A stretch of 64,000 nt of DNA, taken from Eledone cirrhosa. Its lineage: Eukaryota. This document shows, piece after piece, positions 12,567-22,324 of the stretch (positions are counted from its first letter, which is position 1; each line of letters starts with the position of its first letter). Under the pieces are notes generated by a model. It made no database searches. It was not told the origin of the DNA and saw only the letters and a list, made by a program, of their open reading frames with translations. The position numbers and the translations under genes are program-made. The stretch spans positions 257,672,001 through 257,736,000 of the forward strand of contig OZ024742.1 of the NCBI GenBank assembly GCA_964016885.1, read 5' to 3'.

Positions 12567-14025
12567 CAGTTGCATTTATCTTGCTTTATGTTCATACGAG
12601 TTATCACCAAGTCACAACCAGTGACCTCAAGAGACAACAAGGGCTGCCATGTTCAAGGAAGAACATACATACTCACACATGCATATTTAGTGTTTAGACT
12701 TGTGATGTACTTATATTGACAGAATCTTCCTTAGTATATGGGCAGTTCCCATTAGTACTATCTTTTGTATTTCTCCTATACGCGGTTTCCTGGGATCTGC
12801 GATAAGTAATCATTAGACCCCTTAGGTATCATTCCCAGAGCGCCTACAACCACTGGTATTGTTTTAGTTCTCAATTTCCACATTTTTCCAATTTCTATCT
12901 CCAGGTCCTTATAATTGCTCTATTTTTCAAATGTTTTTATAGATACATTCTTGTCTATTGGAACAGATATATCAATTAGCAGGCATACCCTCTTTTTAAA
13001 GTCCTTCAATATTATATCAGGTCTATTTGCATCTATTTTTCGGTCTGTTTGGATGATAAAGTTCCACGAGATAGAGATGTGATCTTTTTCAAGTATAGGA
13101 GGTGGTTGATGCTCCCACCAATTCTTTTGATGGGGCAGGTCAAAATGCTTACACATTATCCAATGTATGTATTGTGCAGCTCTGTCATGCCTGTTTAGGT
13201 ATTCGGTTGGAGCTATAGGACTGCACATTGAAATTATATGGTCAATGGTCTCTGGTTGTTTTTTTCATACACGGCATAATGGGCTGCATCCATTTTTTAT
13301 TATGTTGGCTTGTAGCCAGATTCTGTAGCAGTTCTTTCTTTGCAGTTACTTCTACCTGCTTTGCTTTTTCTGTGTTTTCCATTTCAGCAGCAAATGGGAC
13401 TTCTGGAATGTGTAGTCCATTACTGTATCTTTGTGCATCTTTTGTAATGGAGTATGATCCTTTGATGCTTTCGTGTTTCAAAACGAGTTTGATCATCCAA
13501 TCATGTGATTCCCTTAGATATGTAGATAATCCAATTGTTGCAGTTTTCAACGCAATGTCTAACTGGATTAACCCACGTACTCCTTCTTTCCTAGGGAGAT
13601 ATATTCTATCTGTATCTGCCTTAGGGTGATGCATTCTGTGCATGGTTAAGAATTTTCGAATGTTTGTATCGAGCCTACGGATCACTGTGCTTGACCAGTT
13701 GATGACATTGTAACTGTAGGTTACTACTGGTATGGCAAGCGTGTTTATGGCATCGATCCTATTCCTTGCATTCAATTCCGTTCTTAAGATTGCTCTTACT
13801 CTGCGGTAACATTCCTTCCTTATCCTTTCCACCATTGTCGAGTGCTTTATTCCGTCTCCTTCACAAACACCTAGATATTTGTAAGTTTTTTCTTGATCAA
13901 GTTCTCTTATCACATTCCCCCGATCAAGATTAATGTCTGAACTTTCCATCAGCTTTCCTCTGGTGAACGTTGCTTTGGCGCATTTATCTAGTCCAAACTC
14001 CATTTTAATGTCATCACTGAACTGC

Positions 14026-14026
<1 letters not shown>
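12567..14026 (-). mobile_element. R4/Dong family 1, copy 3 (duplicate of copy 2)
   Basis: Same 5' truncation point (CACTGAACTGCT) and same internal deletion junction as 5103-6560. ORFs 13242-14003 and 12920-13228. Confidence 0.9.
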
Positions 14027-14056
<30 letters not shown>

Positions 14057-14062
<6 letters not shown>

Positions 14063-14224
14063 TTTTATTATGGCCGCACATGTGTGAAGACAGACAAGTC
14101 TGCGGGGGAAAAGGTTCGTAGCTTTAAGCTGTTTCAAAGTGTGTTTTTTTTGTATTTTCTTGTCATTAACGAAACTTAAGGTACATATCATGATTTAAAG
14201 AGAGGGATACCTCTCAATATTCGG
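14057..14224 (+). mobile_element. Duplicated Tx1 5' UTR fragment
   Basis: Near-identical to ~6628-6794. Stops inside the palindrome AATATTCGG. Confidence 0.85.
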
Positions 14225-14545
14225 TAATGTTTTGTTGGCAGACACTGATCTTGTGCTGATATAATCAGTCCTTCAGTCTCCGATTTCAGTCCAGAGGATG
14301 CCAACCACTGATGGGTTAAAGTTTTGCCAACATCAGGATTGTTAGCTCGCTCTGGGTATTTTCCATACAGAGGCTTTTCTTACCATTTCTTAGTCAGTTA
14401 CTGTAGCAGTTTTTTCTTTGCAGTTACTTTTACCTGCTTTGCTTTTTCTGTGTTTTCCATTTCAGCAGTAAATGGGACTTCTGAAATTTGTAGTCTATTA
14501 CTGTATCTTTGTGCATCTTTTGATGCTTTCGTGTTTCAAAACGAG

Positions 14546-14548
<3 letters not shown>
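14223..14548 (-). mobile_element. R4/Dong family 1 internal fragment
   Basis: Matches ~2561-2905 of copy 1, with a small deletion. Followed by (ATT)n. Confidence 0.85.
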
Positions 14549-14587
<39 letters not shown>

Positions 14588-14592
14588 GTTAT

Positions 14593-16615
14593 TCCTTGAA
14601 TCTCAGTCATTGATGTTGGTTAACTGGAAAGTCCGTTGGATTGAATATAAAGCCACTACCTGCAGCCTCAGATATTCAGGACGTATCGGAGGGTTCTTGC
14701 TGTTCCAAGCAAGCATGCCTTTTGAAGCGTTCCAAAAAGCGTGAAGGGGCCGATTTTCTTTAACCATCCCTGGAAACTTTTGGAGATAGTCCCCAGTGCG
14801 CCTATGACAATTGGGATCACTTTGACTTCATGGCAGTTCCAAATCCTTTTCACCTCCCACTTTAAGTCCTGGTATCGGTTAATTTTCTCCCTCTCCTTCT
14901 CTTGCACTCTCGTGTCGAACGGGCAGGCCACATCCACAATCAGACACGATCTTTTTTCTTTGTCCACAACCACCAGGTCAGGTCTATTGTGTTCCAGTTT
15001 TTTGTCCGTCTGTATCCTAAAATCCCACAGCACCTTCACCTGATTGTTCTCCATCACCGCCTCTGGCCTATGCTCATACCATTTCTCAGAATGTGGTAAA
15101 TTGTTTACTTTGCACAGGTGCCAGTGGATCACCCTGCCCATCACATCGTGTCTCCAGCCCTTATAGTGGGTCTGGGCTAGGTGTTTACACTCGGACACAA
15201 TGTGAGCCACAGTCTCCTCTCTCTCTCCACAGATCCTGCACAGTGGGCTAGCCTCCTCCTTGTAAATATGGTGCTTCAACCACTTCGTTTTGAGGGCCTG
15301 CTCCTGCGCAGCCATTAGCATTCCTTCTGTAGCCTTTTTGAGGCCTCCTCTTCTCAACCAGTTCCATGTCTGTGGATCTCTAAATTCAGTTTTCTCAAAG
15401 AAGGTACTATGAAGGGATTTTCCCTTAAGGCTGCTCTTCCTCCTTGATGTTATTTCCTCCTTGGGCATCCCCTGGCCTACTGTCCCCTCCTTCAGTACAG
15501 TTCTGAGCATTGGCTCCTTACTATAGGTCACGTATTTGTATAGGTTGTTTTTCTCCATCTGAACACAGTCCTCTATGCTGATAAGACCTCTTCCACCCTC
15601 AGATCTCCTTAGGTAGAGTCTATCGACATCACTCCTCTTGTGGAACATGTTGTAGATAGTCAATAGCTTCCTAGTCTTCCTATCCATTTCTTTTTGTTCA
15701 GCAACATTCCATCTCAGAATTCCCGCACTGTACCTAATAATAGACACAGCTCGGGAATTTACTGCGCTTATGGCATTTCTGCTGTTCTGATGTGACTTCA
15801 ATACGCTCCTTACTCTCCGAATGTATTCAGTTCTTAACAATTCCTTCATTTTTTTGTTCTTTATGCCATCAGCCTCCAGAACGCCCAAATACTTGTATCC
15901 TTCCTCAGAGTCAATTTCCTTTATCATCTCACCTGTTGGTATCTGGATCCCGTTACTTCTGCTCAACCTACCCCTCTTCATCACAATGACTCCACATTTA
16001 CCAATACCAAACTGCATACATATATCACTGCTGAAAATACGGACAGTGTCAACAAGCACATCCAACTCCTTCTCACTTTTCCCGAAGAGCTTAAGATCGT
16101 CCATGAAGAGGAGGTGATTGATGGTAAGCTCTCCCCTTCCCAACTTGTATCCTGCTCTCACTTTTCGCAGCATAATGGTCAAGGGCATCAGGGCAAGGAC
16201 AAACAACAGAGGGGACAGGCTATCTCCCTGGAAGATCTTGATCTTCACGCTTCCCAAGGATACTCCAGTTGATGTCAACTCTGTCTCCCAGGACCCCATA
16301 CTCCTGCCTAGCAACTGTCTGATGTTATCTGCCTCCCTGAAGATCTCCAGGCTTTTGGTGATCCAGGAATGAGGCACCATGTCAAATGCCTTTCTGTAGT
16401 CTATCCATCCCATGGCAAGATCAGTGTGTCTCCTCCTGCAATTCCCCATTACCATCTTATCAATAAGTAACTGGTCCTTTGTACCACGTGACTTCTTTCG
16501 GCATCCTTTCTGTTCGTCCGGTAACAAGTTGTTTGTGTGGAGGTGATGGTAGATTTCCTCAGACACAATGCTCGTCAACAGTTTCCACATTACGGACAGA
16601 CATGTGATAGGTCTA

Positions 16616-16616
<1 letters not shown>
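14593..16616 (-). mobile_element. R4/Dong-clade LINE, family 2, 5'-truncated, flanked by (TAA)n
   Basis: Contains the 640-aa ORF below. (ATT)n tracts at 14549-14592 and 16617-16690. Confidence 0.9.
14668..16590 (-). CDS. RT + zinc knuckle + restriction-like endonuclease (C-terminal part of the Dong family 2 ORF, uninterrupted)
   Basis: [103 protein letters not shown]. The N-terminus is lost by truncation. Confidence 0.85.
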   Translation of the reverse strand: MWKLLTSIVSEEIYHHLHTNNLLPDEQKGCRKKSRGTKDQLLIDKMVMGNCRRRHTDLAMGWIDYRKAFDMVPHSWITKSLEIFREADNIRQLLGRSMGSWETELTSTGVSLGSVKIKIFQGDSLSPLLFVLALMPLTIMLRKVRAGYKLGRGELTINHLLFMDDLKLFGKSEKELDVLVDTVRIFSSDICMQFGIGKCGVIVMKRGRLSRSNGIQIPTGEMIKEIDSEEGYKYLGVLEADGIKNKKMKELLRTEYIRRVRSVLKSHQNSRNAISAVNSRAVSIIRYSAGILRWNVAEQKEMDRKTRKLLTIYNMFHKRSDVDRLYLRRSEGGRGLISIEDCVQMEKNNLYKYVTYSKEPMLRTVLKEGTVGQGMPKEEITSRRKSSLKGKSLHSTFFEKTEFRDPQTWNWLRRGGLKKATEGMLMAAQEQALKTKWLKHHIYKEEASPLCRICGEREETVAHIVSECKHLAQTHYKGWRHDVMGRVIHWHLCKVNNLPHSEKWYEHRPEAVMENNQVKVLWDFRIQTDKKLEHNRPDLVVVDKEKRSCLIVDVACPFDTRVQEKEREKINRYQDLKWEVKRIWNCHEVKVIPIVIGALGTISKSFQGWLKKIGPFTLFGTLQKACLLGTARTLRYVLNI

Positions 16617-16676
<60 letters not shown>

Positions 16677-16809
16677 GTTATTATTATTATTGTTACTTAC
16701 ATTAAACTATAATTAAACTCCTTATTCCTTACATGAAACTGCAACTATGCTGACACTCTTTAAATAACGTCTTCCTTGTGAAATGTGTGCTCTTCTTTTG
16801 CTTAACTAA

Positions 16810-16885
<76 letters not shown>

Positions 16886-17220
16886 TATGTACACGTACAT
16901 ACATATATGTATACAGACGTACAATAGTATGTGTATATATATACATACATGCACACATATATATATGTACGTATGGATTCCCCGAACATTTATTATAATG
17001 CTCGGTGTGTTTGTAAACAAACATCGTGTATATACGTGTACATACTTATATTTAAGTAACAGCCGGACTAAGAGTGGGAAATGAAATTTCGTTTCATTTT
17101 ATCCGTTTATCGTTATCGGTGCACCCGGCCGATTAACCCACTCGATATGCAAATTGGGCTACTCGGCCGTTAATATGCATAAGGTAAGTATATACGTTCA
17201 ACAATCTCGCAGGAAGGTAT

Positions 17221-17268
17221 ACTTTGCTGACGAGAGGTAATAAGCTTGAAACTAGTACAGCTTTCCTT
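17221..17268 (+). ncRNA. Type I hammerhead ribozyme motif (stem I partly decayed)
   Basis: CTGACGA-GAGGTAATAAGCTT-GAAA-CTAG-TA^CAG. Predicted cleavage after 17257. Confidence 0.65.
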
Positions 17269-17640
17269 TGTCAGTGTTGAACAAACGAGCAACGATGGTT
17301 GCTAGAGACTACGGCTTAATACGAGTTGTTTGTTTACAAACACACCGAGCATTATAATAAATGTTCGGTGAATCCATACATACATATATATATGTGTGCA
17401 TGTATGTATATATATATACATACTACTGTACGTATGTATACATATATGTGTGTATGTGTACATACTTATATTTAAGTAACAGCCGTACTAAGAGTGGGAA
17501 ATGAAATTTCGTTTCATTTTATCCGTTTATCGTTTTCGGTGCACCCGGCCGATTAACCCCCTCGATATGCAACTTGGGCTACTCAGCCGTTAATATGCAT
17601 AAGGTAAGTATATACGTTCAACTATCTGGCAGGAAGGTAT

Positions 17641-17688
17641 ACGTTGCTGACGAGAGGTAATAAGCTTGAAACTAGTACAGCGTTCCTT
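17641..17688 (+). ncRNA. Type I hammerhead ribozyme motif
   Basis: Stem I ACGTTG/CAGCGT, core CTGACGA...GAAA, palindromic stem III ACTAGT. GTA cleavage after 17677. Confidence 0.75.
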
Positions 17689-18060
17689 TGTCAGTGTTGA
17701 ACAAACGAGCAAGGATGGTTGCTAGAGACTACGGCTTAATACGAGTTGTTTGTTTACAAACACACCGAGCATTATAATAAATGTTCGGTGAATCCATACA
17801 TACACATATATATGTGTGCATGTATGTATATATATATACATACTACTGTACGTATGTATACATATATGTGTGTACGTGTACATACTTATATTTAAGTAAC
17901 AGCCGTACTAAGAGTGGGAAATGAAATTTCGTTTCATTTTATCCGTTTATCGTTTTCGGTGCACCCGGCCGATTAACCCCCTCGATATGCAACTTGGGCT
18001 ACTCAGCCGTTAATATGCATAAGGTAAGTATATACGTTCAACTATCTGGCAGGAAGGTAT

Positions 18061-18106
18061 ACGTTGCTGACGAGAGCTAATAAGCTTGAAACTAGTACAG
18101 CGTTCT
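18061..18106 (+). ncRNA. Type I hammerhead ribozyme motif (best-paired copy)
   Basis: ACGTTG-CTGACGA-GAGCT AATA AGCTT-GAAA-CTAG-TA^CAGCGT. Cleavage after 18097. Confidence 0.8.
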
Positions 18107-18369
18107 TTTGTCAGTGTTGAACAAACGAGCAAAGTTGGTTGCTAGAGACTACGGCTTAATACGGGCTGTTTATTTACAAACACACCGAGCATTATAATAA
18201 ATGTTCGGTGAATCCATACGTACATATATATATATATGTGTGCATGTATTTATATATATATACATTCTACTGTACCTATGTATACATATATGTATGTACG
18301 TGTACATACTTATATTTAAGTAACGGCTGTACTAAGAGTGGGAAATGAAATTTCGTTTAATTTTTTCCG

Positions 18370-18424
<55 letters not shown>

Positions 18425-18427
<3 letters not shown>

Positions 18428-18698
18428 TACGTACACGTACATACATATATGTATACATACGTACAGTTATATGTATATATATATTCATACATGCACACAT
18501 ATATATATATGTACGTATGGATTCACCGATCATTTATTATAATGCTCGGTGTGTTTGTAAACAAACATCCCGTATTAAGCCGTAGTGTCTAGCAACCACC
18601 GTTGCTCGTTTGTTCAACACTGACAAAGGAAATACTTAGATTTAAGCTACAGCCGTACTGAGAGTGGGAAATGAAATTTCGTTTCATTTTTCCCGATT
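18425..18698. mobile_element. Second, short family A insertion (inverted arm + 3' tail only)
   Basis: 18425-18631 is the reverse complement of the unit downstream of the HHR. 18632-18698 is the direct tail. (TA)n on both sides. Confidence 0.75.
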
Positions 18699-18875
18699 AT
18701 ATTTATATATATATATATATATATATAGTCCTGATGATTTCTAAAGAATGAAACAGTTCTATTCATGTAGAATCTCATCTATATTAAAACTTTCATACTC
18801 TGCTATGTATTGAGTACCTTACTTACTGTGGTTACCTCCGATTCAACCCGGAATAACGTATATATATATATATAT

Positions 18876-19483
18876 GGTGGCTGCCAACTCGTTTTCGAGT
18901 ACGGCCACTACTTTATATCCATGTAGGAGAACCCCTACCGATGCGCTGAACGAGTGTGACTTTTTAGTCCAGCCAGCACCTTGAAAACTCTGGTACAAAC
19001 ACTACACTTGTGACAATTATTGACACATAGTGCTGGGCCCATGGTACCATGTGACGACAAGTGCAGAGAGATCTCCAGATATAAAGCAATGCCTGTGCTG
19101 TGAAGCTTTTATAGTGAGCAAAGGCACTGCACAAAGCCAGTCCCACACTCTTAACCAAGATGATATTTACCAAAAAGAAGAACAAGTCAACATCATTGGA
19201 AACCATCAGGGTTGCAGGTGTTATATCAGAGTTTTCCTTCTCCTAGAATTCTGCCTTGACAAAGGCTTAGGGGTCATCTCTCCCGGTGATTTTGGATGGC
19301 CATTGACTCTTAAGAGCTCCTTTGCCCCTTGACAGGTTTTGTTTTTAGTCCTGCAGGATGTCCAAAGTCACCCTCCTCACCAAGAAACCTTGGTGGGGCT
19401 GCCAGTTTAGTCGCCAACGACCCGACCATGGGACAGGTTGTACTGGGATACATGTTACCAGTAGCACCAACTGGTGACCTGAC
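18876..19483 (-). mobile_element. Probable RTE-type LINE 5' region or RTE-related repeat between TA tracts
   Basis: Minus strand has CTAGGAGAAGGAAAACTCTGA and GGCGACTAAACTGG, which resemble RTE 5' UTR motifs. Recognised by pattern only. Confidence 0.4.
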
Positions 19484-19539
<56 letters not shown>

Positions 19540-21339
19540 TATTTTTATATATGTATATATGTGGGGTATGTGTCAGTGTGTATGAGGAACTATTTGTGTG
19601 TCTATGTGTGTGCGACGGTGGGGTCGTGTGTGTGTGTGCGTTGATATAACAAATGCAATGTGATTTGTACTGTTGTTATACGTGTTATTAATTTACATTA
19701 CTGAAATACGCTTCTTAATACAGTATCTCCACAGTGAGTACAAATACAATGTATCATCCTTCTTATCTAAACTTGATTGTTATTTAAGGGAGAGAAGTTA
19801 TTCTATGCTTTCTTATATATTGTATTTATTACATACAAGTATCAAGTATGTTTCAATGTTTAGCTCAGTAAAGAAAATTCTGCTTTTGTTTTTTTTTTTG
19901 GTAGTAGAAAAATAAATATTCTCGGCTTACACATTGCTTTATCATATACATAAATCAATTTATCATTCAGTGTAGTGCAAATTTGTTTCTGTGATATAAA
20001 TTCTTTTTCCAAATATTTCATTGGATTTATTATAGTTGAGTATTTGTGCACTTATATTCTTTCTAATAGTCACAGACATGTTGATATAATGCAAATATAT
20101 CATCATCATGACTTGAATTTTCTAAGAAGGGTTCGAGATGTGAGATTATTCATTTCATCTGACGGTAGACTCAGTTGCAGATACTTCAACGAGAATTATA
20201 TGCACAATGCAGCACCGCATCTTTTCTGTCTATAGGTAACACGCTAGTAAATAGGGTTTATATATCATCATGGGCGACATCAAATCACTAGCATTAATCA
20301 ATGTGGCGTGCTTAACGGGAAATATAGATGTCGCTGTTGTTGGACCTACATCAGGATCGACGACGGGTTTTTCAGTTGTATGATCAACGGGACAGCATGC
20401 TTTGGGAAACTAATATGGCAATGACTGAGGATAACAAATATATCTACCTTTATCATAATTAGCAACGATATCCAGCGTTATGCAGGCTTGGCACCAGTGT
20501 GGCAGGCGTGGATCTGTTACATACCTGTAAAATTGTTGCCAGATGAGATCGCTAGAGAAAGGTGAATTAAACTGCTTTACAAAAGAACGAATCACGTAAC
20601 CCGTATAGTAAAACGACTTTGATTTTATAACCGGGTTTTTGCATATCATATTTTCAGTTTTCAATGTTAAACATTTTGTTGTTCAAAGTGGAAATGTTAG
20701 GTCCTAAAACTAACGTAAACGATGGTTTCAGTTCCACAGAGTCGTGAGCCTTTATAGTAGCTGTCAAAATGGCTCAACCTAAAAGTGTGCGGTCAAAGAC
20801 AGTTCTTTCAATTACAGGCACAAGTAATTATTTCAAGCTGAATGGAATGAAGAGGCGTGAAATACAGTGTGTAGCACGATGCAACATGCCGAAACAATAA
20901 ATCTACAATAAAAAAGGAGAGTAAAATGAGGAATGATTTTAAAAATCAAGTTTACTGTCAACATTTTTGTCTCTCTGATTGAGAAAATGGCTCTCCCCAA
21001 GAGAATGTTAAAACCAAGGGTGAGATATTGCAGAAACAATATTGCTGTTTTGCGCAAACCCGATAGAGTTGATTTGGGCTGTATCGGTGATGTTAACACC
21101 CTGCACACTATATCTGACATAACGTTTGGCGCCCACTAAGTCTTAGTGGCAATAAACGAAATTAAATAAAACCCAACAATAGACCCCAATAGGTTCCCTA
21201 CTATTGTTTTTAATGTGGCTCGTCACCAACATGCAACGTCTCTAGCAAATATGTGGAGGATGTCCGGTGCAAGAGAGTCTATGGCTTGACATCCACAAAC
21301 GAAGACTGCTAAACAAATTCGTCTTTGCTTCGATAGCAG

Positions 21340-22180
21340 TGCGCAGCGAATCTTAATATTCTACCTTTAACTAAATCTTATGCTGGAGACATATTTCCAT
21401 ATCCCTCTCCCCTCGATGACTGCTTCCAGGACTTGTTCAGCATTGCGCAAAGCATTAAGTGTTATTTCCTACCAGGTTTGTTCTCTAATCTCCGATACTG
21501 AGAGTGCCACACAAATGAACCGACTCAATTAAACCTCTGAAGAAGCCTCACTTCATTTTGTTTCGTAGGGAGGACTGCCTGATTAACCTGAGTTTATCGA
21601 GAGCACACCATGCCTTGGCTATCCGATATGTTATTTATTTTTAGCAGGATGAATTATCGCTTCCAAGATAAAACTTCCAACCACTTTTTAGAGCCTTTCC
21701 AGTCAATGCTTTCACTTCGCCATTCTGACTGAATTCCATGACTTTTGTTTGCTTCGTGTTCATATACAATCCCATCATGGCAGCAGTCTTTTCGAGGACA
21801 TGCAGGAGCTTTTCGGCATCTGCAACTTTGTCAGTGAATAAATATATGCCGTTAGCATAATCGTCATCAGTCATCTTTTGGACAGATTATCATTTACTTC
21901 TGGCTCTGTTCAATGTGAAACATAAATTCTTCTCAAACACAAGATGTACGTGGAACACATAGTCTATTGCGAAGATGAATTATTGGGGGGAAATCGTGTC
22001 TCTTTGCAAAACCCCTGCGTGAATACTAAAGATTGTAGGTCACCGTCGGGGGCACCATTGGTCGTGACTATTTGTACACTATTATAATAGCCTTTACTAA
22101 AAATTTCAGCGAGTTTTCTTCTGTGAACCGAATCAAGAGCTTTGGAGAAGGCTACAAAGATAACAGCTGCCTCTACGATT
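21340..22180 (-). pseudogene. Old RTE-like LINE reverse transcriptase fragment
   Basis: Decayed motifs FSKALDSVHR, AGVLQRDT, TDDDYANGIYLF (YADD-like), GLYMNTKQTKVM, FYLGS. Confidence 0.6.
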
Positions 22181-22185
22181 TTGCA

Positions 22186-22324
22186 TCCGTTTAGTACATG
22201 AATCTGCCGCTGGGAGTCGTGCCCATCGCAAAGGGACGTAACTCTTATACGTGCTGAGTTACGACCGTCGTAAAGGGACGCAACTCCTATACGTGCTGAG
22301 TCACAGCCGTAAGGGTCCGCTACA
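22186..22324 (-). repeat. Gypsy 3' LTR (truncated)
   Basis: Direct repeat of 27348-27486. Starts TGTAG on the minus strand right after the PPT. Contains ~42-bp internal tandem repeats. Confidence 0.85.

Larger units (their letters stand above)
16883..18372 (+). mobile_element. Non-autonomous HHR-bearing tandem element (retrozyme-like, family A): inverted arm + about 3.2 x 420-bp units, in (TA)n
   Basis: Units repeat with a 420-bp period (17041, 17461, 17881, partial at 18301). 16883-17023 is the reverse complement of the unit's distal part. (TA)n on both sides. Confidence 0.8.

Noticed and set aside
16729-17084. ORFs made of YI, HT or CV dipeptide runs, here and at many other TA/CA tracts
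   Set aside because: Artefacts of stop-free microsatellites.
17041-18372. Regularly spaced repeats considered as a CRISPR array or plain satellite
   Set aside because: Whole 420-bp units repeat with no unique spacers, the context is eukaryotic, and the HHR and inverted arm explain it better.
20230-20664. Higher-complexity stretch with ORF 20410-20664 (-)
   Set aside because: No recognisable motif and an in-frame stop. Cannot be assigned.
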